Of a stretch of DNA of 64,000 nt, positions 58,910-64,000 are shown piece after piece. The stretch comes from Acidobacteriota bacterium (GTDB taxonomy: Bacteria; Acidobacteriota; CAIWXX01): contig JBFMAF010000008.1 of assembly GCA_040755995.1 (NCBI GenBank), positions 160,001-224,000 of the forward strand, in the 5' to 3' direction. A program made the position numbers and the translations under genes. The number at the start of each line of letters is the position of its first letter. Position 1 is the first letter of the stretch. The notes below the pieces were generated by a model. That model was not told the DNA's origin. It made no database searches and was given only the letters and a program-made list of their open reading frames with translations.

Positions 58910-60973
58910 TTACTCTCTGAGTCGCTGGAACTTGATGTAGACCTGCAAGCTGCGATCGGCGGGCTGGTCCTTGTATCGCCTGATCACGGCCAGCTGGCGG
59001 AGGATCTCCTCGTCCTCCGGCCTTCCTTCCAGCGCCTTTCGGAAATTCAGGTCGGCTTGCGCAAGATTCAGCTCCCTCATCGCGATGATGCCGATGTTGT
59101 AGTAAGCCTTGGACAGCAGAGTGCGCGCATCCTGATTGCCCGGCTCGATTTCGATCACACGCGAGAAGCTCTGTACGGCTCTCTCGAAATTCGCGGAGGA
59201 GAAACTGGTCCTGCCTTCGGCCATGTACTTGCGAGCTTCGGCCGAGGGCGCGGGAGCAGCCGGTTTCTGGGACGGTTCGGCGGCAGGCGTCTGCGCCGCT
59301 TGCGGAGCAGACGGCTCCTCAAGGAGCCTTCGCTGTGCCTCTGCGATCGCGGCCGCCGCCTTCGGATACAATGGCGAATCCGACGGAATCTTCTGCAGGT
59401 AGTAGATGCCATCCAGGTACTGGCTGTTGTCGAGGAGGCGCTGGCCCTGCAGCATGTATGCCTCATCACCCTTCGGCACAGGCAGCGCCTCGGAAGTCGA
59501 TGTGTCCCCTTCTCCCGTCGAATCCAGGCCGGCGCTGAATGAGCTGAAGATACTGTCGCGGTAAAGGAAGAGGATCGCAGCCAGAGCGAGGCCGACGCCG
59601 AAAACGGCGGCGGACACGATTAGGAAATACCGCCTGCCAGCCTTGGCCGGAGGTCCGACTCTAGCCACCACCTCCTCGATCTTCTTCGGAGGCGGTGTGA
59701 CGGGAGCCGAGGGCGCCGCGATCATTGCGGGCGCAGGCGCCGCAGCGGGCGCCGCCACCGGCGCGGGAACCTCTTCTACCGGTTCCAGCTCGAGTTCTTC
59801 GACAACAGGTTCCTCGGACGGCAGGCTGCTCTCGAGTTCCCTGACCATCGCGATCGCCCCGGTATGCTCCGGGTCGACCTCTACAGCCTTCTTCGCCTCG
59901 TTGAACGCCAGGACGATATTGCCTCCGCGGCGATGCTCCTGCGCGTACTCATAGTGTCGCTCGGCCTTCTCGCGGCGCTTCGCCGACTGCACTGCCCGCG
60001 AGAGGGAGACCGCCTGGCTATTACCCGGTTGCAGTGACAGAGCCTCTTGAACCTTCGCCGAAGCCCTGTCCCAATCCTGATCCTGCACCGCGAGGCGCGC
60101 CTCCGAAAGGATCCCATCGATTCGCGCCCGCATCTGCTCCTGCTCGATCTCATACCTCAGCTGCTCGCTCATCGCGCGGGCTTCGGCGTGATCGGGGAGG
60201 CGCGCCAGGAGCCCAGCCAGGCATCCCATCGCTTCCTGTCTGAGTCCCTTCGACTGCAGGTCGCGCGCGCGGTGGAGCGTCTCGTTGAGCTCGCGTTGCT
60301 GCTCTTCCAGGGCCCTGCGCGCTCGAGCGATGGCCTCACGGCCGGCCTCGTGCGCATCATCCACCACCAGGATGCGACCCCAGACGTTGATGGCCTCCTG
60401 GTAGTTGCCCTCGTCGAAGTTCCTCTGCCCCTCGCTGATGAGGCGGCCGAGCATCTCCTGCTGCTCGGGTGTGTACCGCGGCGCGGGCCTGGCGGCGTCA
60501 CAACGTGCCAGCAGAGCGTCGAGGTCCGGGTTGCCCGGATCGACCGATTCAATCTTCATCCATTCGTCGCGCGCGGCGGCGATGTCGCCCTGCGCGAAAT
60601 ACTCCTCCCCCTTCTGCAACAGCTCTCTGACGAAGGGCTCGGAATCCACTCTCTGTTGCGAGACGTGCAAAATCTCCGAGGCACGCGCGAAGTCGGGGTC
60701 GAGATCGAGAATCATCTTTGAGGCGGAGATGGCCTTCGCGTAGTCCCTGATTTCGAGGGCCAGTTCGGCCTCTTTCATGTGTTCCTGAATGAAGGGTTCG
60801 GCATCCAGCTTGTCGGCCGCGCGAGCACGTAGGGTCTCCGCCTCGGTGAGGAATGGGTTTTCCTTGAGAAGGGTCGTGGCCCTCTCGATGACCTCCGCGA
60901 ATTCCCTTTCGTCGAAGAGCCGGCGCAGGTCCGCGATGCCATCCGGTGCGGCCAGAAAAGGATTCTCTTCCAT
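58910..60973 (-). CDS. Single-pass TPR protein
   Basis: TPR-like repeats on both sides of one TM (FLIVSAAVFGVGLALAAILFLY). Confidence 0.85.
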   Translation of the reverse strand: MEENPFLAAPDGIADLRRLFDEREFAEVIERATTLLKENPFLTEAETLRARAADKLDAEPFIQEHMKEAELALEIRDYAKAISASKMILDLDPDFARASEILHVSQQRVDSEPFVRELLQKGEEYFAQGDIAAARDEWMKIESVDPGNPDLDALLARCDAARPAPRYTPEQQEMLGRLISEGQRNFDEGNYQEAINVWGRILVVDDAHEAGREAIARARRALEEQQRELNETLHRARDLQSKGLRQEAMGCLAGLLARLPDHAEARAMSEQLRYEIEQEQMRARIDGILSEARLAVQDQDWDRASAKVQEALSLQPGNSQAVSLSRAVQSAKRREKAERHYEYAQEHRRGGNIVLAFNEAKKAVEVDPEHTGAIAMVRELESSLPSEEPVVEELELEPVEEVPAPVAAPAAAPAPAMIAAPSAPVTPPPKKIEEVVARVGPPAKAGRRYFLIVSAAVFGVGLALAAILFLYRDSIFSSFSAGLDSTGEGDTSTSEALPVPKGDEAYMLQGQRLLDNSQYLDGIYYLQKIPSDSPLYPKAAAAIAEAQRRLLEEPSAPQAAQTPAAEPSQKPAAPAPSAEARKYMAEGRTSFSSANFERAVQSFSRVIEIEPGNQDARTLLSKAYYNIGIIAMRELNLAQADLNFRKALEGRPEDEEILRQLAVIRRYKDQPADRSLQVYIKFQRLRE

Positions 60974-61148
60974 AGATTCTCAGAAAAGTATCAGTTGACT
61001 TTAGCAAAAAGCGGCGGCTTTGGTCAAATCGCCGACTCGCCTCGGTGCGGGGGACACAGAGCGTGGCTCCATGTTTGACCCTGGTGTGACCGAGGCGCTA
61101 GAATATGGGCGTTGCAGGCAAGACTGGCGCAGAGAAGGGGTTCTTTCC

Positions 61149-61862
61149 ATGGCCACGCAGAGAGCAGCGATCTTGCACCGAGTCGACTACCCGGATTCTG
61201 ACGGGAAGCCGATGGGGGAGTCAGACGTTCATCGCGATGAGATGATCGGTGCCATCGAGGCTCTGAAGGATCACTTTCGCGACCATGCTGAGGTATATGT
61301 TGCCGGAGACCTGCTGCTCTATTACGAGGAAGGGGACCCGGCGGCGGTCGTGGTCCCGGACGTGATGGTCGTCAGAGGCGTAGCGAAACGGTTGAGGAGG
61401 AGCTACAAGCTCTGGGAAGAGCAGCACGGGCCAGAGCTGGTGATTGAGATATCGTCACGCTCGACGCGACTGGAGGATCTCGGAACGAAACGGGCGTTGT
61501 ACGAGATGCTCGGAGTGCAGGAGTACTTACTGTTCGACCCGCTGGAGGAGTATCTGAAGCCATCTTTCCAGGGTTTCATCCTGGCCGGAGGGCGGTATGT
61601 GCCGTTAGCGCCCGAGGCGGATGGAAGCTTCCTCAGCGGTGCGCTCGGGCTGCGATTCCGCCGGGAGGGCTCCCATCTTCGAATCATCGACGCTGCCACC
61701 GGCGAACCTCTTTCGACACCGTCTGAGGCCATGAAGAGGGCGCGGGCTGAGGCGGAGGCTCGTGCACACGCAGACGAGCGGGCGGCGCGGGCCGAGGCGG
61801 AGCTGGAGCGGTTGCGGGCGTTGCTCGGCGGCTCCGCCGCGAAAGACGAGCAGAAGAGATAG
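61149..61862 (+). CDS. Uma2-family endonuclease
   Basis: YPDSDGKPMGES, PDVMVV, LVIEISS, GVQEYLLFDP; coiled-coil tail. Confidence 0.92.
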   Translation: MATQRAAILHRVDYPDSDGKPMGESDVHRDEMIGAIEALKDHFRDHAEVYVAGDLLLYYEEGDPAAVVVPDVMVVRGVAKRLRRSYKLWEEQHGPELVIEISSRSTRLEDLGTKRALYEMLGVQEYLLFDPLEEYLKPSFQGFILAGGRYVPLAPEADGSFLSGALGLRFRREGSHLRIIDAATGEPLSTPSEAMKRARAEAEARAHADERAARAEAELERLRALLGGSAAKDEQKR

Positions 61863-62011
61863 TCGCGTCGATCACGCCCAGCGGCGACAAGCCGGTGTCG
61901 GCGTGCAGAAATGTGCATTTTGTCACACATCCAGGCCGCTTCGGCCCACGCACGCGATACGCCACTTGCAGGCTGAGGCGGTATGGGATATTTAAGGAGA
62001 ATGAGCGGGGG

Positions 62012-62392
62012 GTGAGTGTGGACATAGTTCTGAAGAATGCAGGCAGATGGACGAGGTTGGTGATTTGCCTGGTCGGGTTTTCCGCCTCGTCGGCGTTCGC
62101 GAAGGTTGACGTCAAGGAGCAGCTGGCGTTCGGAAACAAGGCGGCGCTGCAGGATCTTTGGAACGAGGCGAAGTTCCGGTGGCTGAAGGTTCTGCAGGTC
62201 GATCCCGGCAACGGCGCCGCTCACAACAACCTCGGGGTGGCGTTCGAGAAGGAAGGCAAGATGGAGGCGGCGGTGGAGGAATACCGGAAGGCGGTGAAGG
62301 CTCTGCCGGGCAACTCGTACGCGCAGAAGAACTTGCAACGCTGCCAGGAACTGCTGAAGACCGCCCAAGGAGCGAAGGAGGAGAAGAAATGA
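62012..62392 (+). CDS. Small exported TPR protein
   Basis: AHNNLGVAFE..AVEEYRKA; signal-like N-terminus; start uncertain. Confidence 0.8.
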   Translation: MSVDIVLKNAGRWTRLVICLVGFSASSAFAKVDVKEQLAFGNKAALQDLWNEAKFRWLKVLQVDPGNGAAHNNLGVAFEKEGKMEAAVEEYRKAVKALPGNSYAQKNLQRCQELLKTAQGAKEEKK

Positions 62393-63045
62393 GGTCGCTG
62401 GCATTGCTTCTTTTTGCCGCGGCGGCGGCCTTTGCCGGTGAGACAGAAGTGATGATACACGTGCCGGTGAATCCTCGCATCGACATGTCGAAATACGATT
62501 CCATACTGGTGATGAACTTTGTCACTTCCGGATCGAGTTATGAGAAGTTCGACGTGAACCAGGAGACCGTCAAGTTCCTGCGGAACGAGTTGAAGGCGCG
62601 GTCGACTGTGAAGGTCTTGGACCCGATGGAGGCGCCCATCGTCGAAGGCGCTGCCGACACGGTGTTCCAGGACGCGAGCTACTGGCAGCACGTCGGTGCG
62701 CTCTACCCGGGCGCGCTGATCGTTTCGGGGCGCTTGGGGCTGAAGGTGGAACAGCGGTCGGGGTTCACGACCGAGGAGGTTATCTCACCGACGACCGGCC
62801 TGCCCGTCCGCGTGCAGCGTTTCAAGGAGGGCAGGTATTTCGTACTCGAGATGGATGCGTACTTCATCGAGGGCTCGACGGGGACGCCGGTGTTGCAGGA
62901 GACCTTTCGCGAGGAGCTCCTGCACGACAATCCCGACCAGCCCGCGCTGTACGGCTACTACGACCTGATGGATCGAATCCTCCCGCGTTTTCTGAGCGCC
63001 GTGATTTCACAGAAATACGTTGAAACGAGGTATCTTCTAGACTGA
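62389..63045 (+). CDS. Exported hypothetical protein
   Basis: Signal peptide MRSLALLLFAAAAAFA; ATGA overlap with the TPR gene. Confidence 0.8.
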   Translation: MRSLALLLFAAAAAFAGETEVMIHVPVNPRIDMSKYDSILVMNFVTSGSSYEKFDVNQETVKFLRNELKARSTVKVLDPMEAPIVEGAADTVFQDASYWQHVGALYPGALIVSGRLGLKVEQRSGFTTEEVISPTTGLPVRVQRFKEGRYFVLEMDAYFIEGSTGTPVLQETFREELLHDNPDQPALYGYYDLMDRILPRFLSAVISQKYVETRYLLD

Positions 63046-63204
63046 GCCCGGCGCACCGATAGCGAGGACTGTTCAGTATCGTGACATGCGAGAAAAGGAG
63101 AAGACGGCGGTTCTCGGGGCCTGCCGCGGCCGGCCGTTGGACGCCGGCCGCGCGGCTCCCGTGATTTCCGAGGATCGCCTGCTGATGCCAGGGAGATGGA
63201 GGAC

Positions 63205-64000
63205 ATGATGAAGAAGCGCGTTGTTTTGGTGTTGTTGGCAGCGCTGGTGGCCTCACCTGCCGCCGCGCAGTATTACGGGAAGAACAAAGTTCAATATGAT
63301 GTATTCCACTGGGACGTGTATCACTCGCCGCATTTCGACATCTACTTCTACCCCGAGGAGCGGATGCACCTGGAGCGCATGGCGAGCTTCGCAGAGTCGG
63401 GCTATCTCAAGGTAAGCAGCGATCTCAAGCACCAGATCCCCTTCGCGATCCCGCTGATCTTCTACAAGACGCATTCGGAGTTCGAGCAGACTCACCTGTT
63501 TCCGGACTTCGTGCCGGAAGGGGTTCTGGCGTTTGCAGAATCGGTTCAGAACCGGATGGTGATGCCCATCGACCTCCCTGCCGACGAGCTGCAGAATCTC
63601 ATCACCCATGAGCTCACGCACATTTTCGAGTATTCGATTCTCTACGGAGGGTTGAGCTCGCCGCTCGTCCAGCTGCGCTCGCCGCCCGACTGGGTGATGG
63701 AGGGGTTCGCCGATTTCGAGGTTGGCGAATGGGACCTCTCGTCCGAGATGACCATCCGGGATATGACAATCACCGACAGACTCCCGACCATCGGCAAGGA
63801 CGGGCAGTTCAAGGAAGAACAGTCCTCGGTGCGCGCGCCGTACGACATTGGCCACGCGATCTTCGATTTCATGGAGAGTCGCTGGGGAATGGACGGGATA
63901 CGCCAGTTCTGGTGGTCCCTGAAGAAGGGGTCGGTGATCGGCAAGAGCACTTTGTTCGAAGATGCGCTGAAGACCAAGGCCAGCGATTTCGATCAGGATT
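63205..64000 (+). CDS. Exported HExxH (peptidase MA-like) protein, truncated by the window edge; this N-terminus often precedes PD40/BamA-type domains
   Basis: Signal peptide, QYYGKNKVQY..HFDIYFY, ITHELTH, WVMEGFA; frame runs off the end. Confidence 0.8.
   Translation, partial: MMKKRVVLVLLAALVASPAAAQYYGKNKVQYDVFHWDVYHSPHFDIYFYPEERMHLERMASFAESGYLKVSSDLKHQIPFAIPLIFYKTHSEFEQTHLFPDFVPEGVLAFAESVQNRMVMPIDLPADELQNLITHELTHIFEYSILYGGLSSPLVQLRSPPDWVMEGFADFEVGEWDLSSEMTIRDMTITDRLPTIGKDGQFKEEQSSVRAPYDIGHAIFDFMESRWGMDGIRQFWWSLKKGSVIGKSTLFEDALKTKASDFDQD

Noticed and set aside
1..64000. CRISPR array, tRNA, rRNA, integrase, transposase
   Set aside because: No regularly spaced repeat-spacer array, no tRNA or rRNA signature and no such ORF seen by eye.

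Overview
GC-rich bacterial chromosomal window, probably Acidobacteriota; this is inferred from the gene content (DUF6982-like, TPR and HExxH outer-membrane genes, TPR kinases). About 50 real genes sit among many antisense shadow ORFs. I found no rRNA, tRNA, CRISPR array, integrase or transposase. Main blocks: (1) an FHA-GAF adenylate cyclase facing a TPR Ser/Thr kinase; (2) a 10.5-kb surface-polysaccharide operon (42-aa leader ORF, flippase-like protein, GT-C-like membrane protein, TPR/beta-barrel, receiver, HEAT, processive GT2, unknown protein) behind a consensus sigma70 promoter and a structured leader; (3) a decayed accessory patch (yhcG-like nuclease, hsdS remnant, gene-fragment duplications, attC-like site, higBA); (4) a LytS/LytTR module with esterase, GT83-like transferase and cyanophycinase; (5) ECF sigma with a STAS protein; (6) an orphan DppA-like binding protein with a hybrid kinase; (7) a lipoprotein cytochrome c with a Cyc2-like cytochrome-porin fusion; (8) trehalose genes, including a sensor-fused OtsA; (9) an uncharacterised MoxR AAA+ / HExxH-VWA / adenylate-forming ligase operon interrupted by a vapBC pair whose toxin is nonsense-inactivated; (10) brnTA, a class IV aminotransferase, MscS, RDD/TPR proteins, Uma2 and the start of an envelope operon. 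Blocks 9, 2 and 7 are the best candidates for an undescribed system. All family assignments come from motif recognition, not database searches.
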